Below are positions 62,621-64,000 of a DNA stretch of 64,000 nucleotides, piece by piece. The notes below the pieces were generated by a model that was not told the origin of the DNA, did no database searches, and saw only the letters and a list, made by a program, of their open reading frames with translations. The stretch's first letter is position 1. Every line of letters begins with the position of its first letter. The stretch spans positions 3,155,060 through 3,219,059 of the forward strand of contig NW_003314269.1 in NCBI RefSeq assembly GCF_000143415.4. The letters are read 5' to 3'. Origin of the DNA: Selaginella moellendorffii. Its lineage: Eukaryota > Plantae > Lycopodiophyta. The position numbers and the translations under genes were made by a program.

Positions 62621-64000
62621 AGCAGCAGCAGCAGAGAGTGTGCATTGAGTTTTCGTATGACGGAGTACATTTTGTTTCTCGTTTTTCTTTCTTTCTTTTA
62701 ATGCTTTTTTTTTTCCCTTACGGTTGACTGCATAGAGATGTTTGCTGGACGAGAGTGAGTTCTTTTTTTCTCTTTCTCTCTCTTTTTTTGCTTTCGTTTG
62801 CTTTGCTGTTCCTTAGACTTGCTTTCATTCTGTGTTCATTTCATTTTCGGTTTCGTCTGCTGCTGCTGCTTTTTTTTGCTCGTTCTTACGCATCGGCTTC
62901 ATTTGTAGACTGGTGGTTGGGATGGGAAAGTTTTGATATTCTTTTTCTTCTTCTTTGTTGGCTCTTGGAATAAACGACATTAGGAAGTATGTGGCTCTCT
63001 CTCTGACAAGATCTCTCGCTCCCTTTTTTTCTTTCTTCGTCGTCCTTTAAGGTTGTCTGTGGGTCCTAACCTCGTGTTCTTGTTTCTCAGCCTCAGCTCT
63101 GCGCCTTCTGCTGATGTGTGGTGAAGTTTTTTTTTCAGCAGCAGTGGGTGTCATGGTACAGTGCACATGTTGATCAGGTAATGCAGTGTACCTTTTTTCT
63201 GCATTTGTTATAACTTCCAGATTCGGGGCCGCTTGCTAATAACTCCCGTGTTTGTTGTAGAGAGCTGGAGTGAAGGCTTAGTGTTTCGTTCGTCGGAACC
63301 AAATGCTCTACGGAGGAGGGAAGGAATGGAGACGAGACCGGGGGCGTGTTGGTGTTAATCTGGACTTGGTTTCTCTCGACACGGCCAACGAACTCCTCTC
63401 GGGTAAACTCCGTTTCTCTGTCCGTCCGCCTGCTCAGCTCAGCTAGTCTCGGTTCGTTGGTTTGCTGGCCTGGAAAGCTTTCGAAGTTTGCGTCGTCGTG
63501 TCTAATGTCATCGATCGTTCGTTAGAACCGGAACTTCGCTTTTGTTTTGCTTTTGGAGGCTTTCTCGATCGATCGCGAGCGAGCGAGCGCGAAGAAGACA
63601 TACCGAAAGAATCTGACAGAGGGACATCAAGCGTCAGTGCGTACACAGGTACATTTAAGTTGCTTTAACTCTGCTCGTCGAGAGAGAGAGAGATAGCTTG
63701 GCTTTGCTGGGCTTGGCTTTGCATTGCATTGCGTCGTGTGTGTGTGTGATGTTGTGACGCTCTTCTCTTCTTGGCGGTTTTTACCTTCGCCCAGTTGGTA
63801 CGAGAACCTGCCGTATCTGTGTGGGCATTATCGGACCAGCAGCAACACACTGGCCCCAGTGTACGGAAAAAGTGGTGGCCAGGACTTTTTTCCGCAAAAT
63901 CGCCACGTCACCCTGACCGAGGGGCTGCCACGTGTTAGTGAAATCACCAGTGACAACGTCACTTTCGGCAAATCCCCCTAAAGGGAACTGGACGAGAAGC

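Noticed and set aside
62980-64000. Possible miRNA precursor or 5' UTR of a further gene (GA/GT microsatellites, small hairpin near 63155-63193)
   Set aside because: No long fold-back, recognisable mature miRNA or coherent coding exon

Overview
Plant nuclear DNA with very short (about 55-80 nt) introns and tightly packed genes, most consistent with a lycophyte such as Selaginella (inference). Left edge: a partial membrane-anchored gene and a TSJT1/Wali7 (DUF3700) gene. About 3-46 kb is a nested Ty3/gypsy island: a decayed chromovirus (family A) interrupted by an antisense solo LTR (family B), which is itself interrupted by a very young non-coding LARD of family B; 5S-carrying Cassandra TRIMs; two copies of a short-LTR, tRNA-Ala-primed gypsy (family C); further family A remnants; and two N gaps. 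The right 17 kb is gene-dense: an AT-rich secreted PLAT-domain gene absent from the ORF track, a CC1-like gene, exportin-7, two tandem divergent RIBA-family genes and a poly(A)-binding protein. Main leads: (1) a covarying multi-hairpin RNA with twin tRNA T-loop/B-box motifs shared by the LARD and the chromovirus; (2) a -1 frameshift pseudoknot broken by a 14-nt telomere-repeat insertion; (3) two RIBA paralogs lacking catalytic motifs; (4) the hidden PLAT gene. All coordinates and alignments were read by eye.
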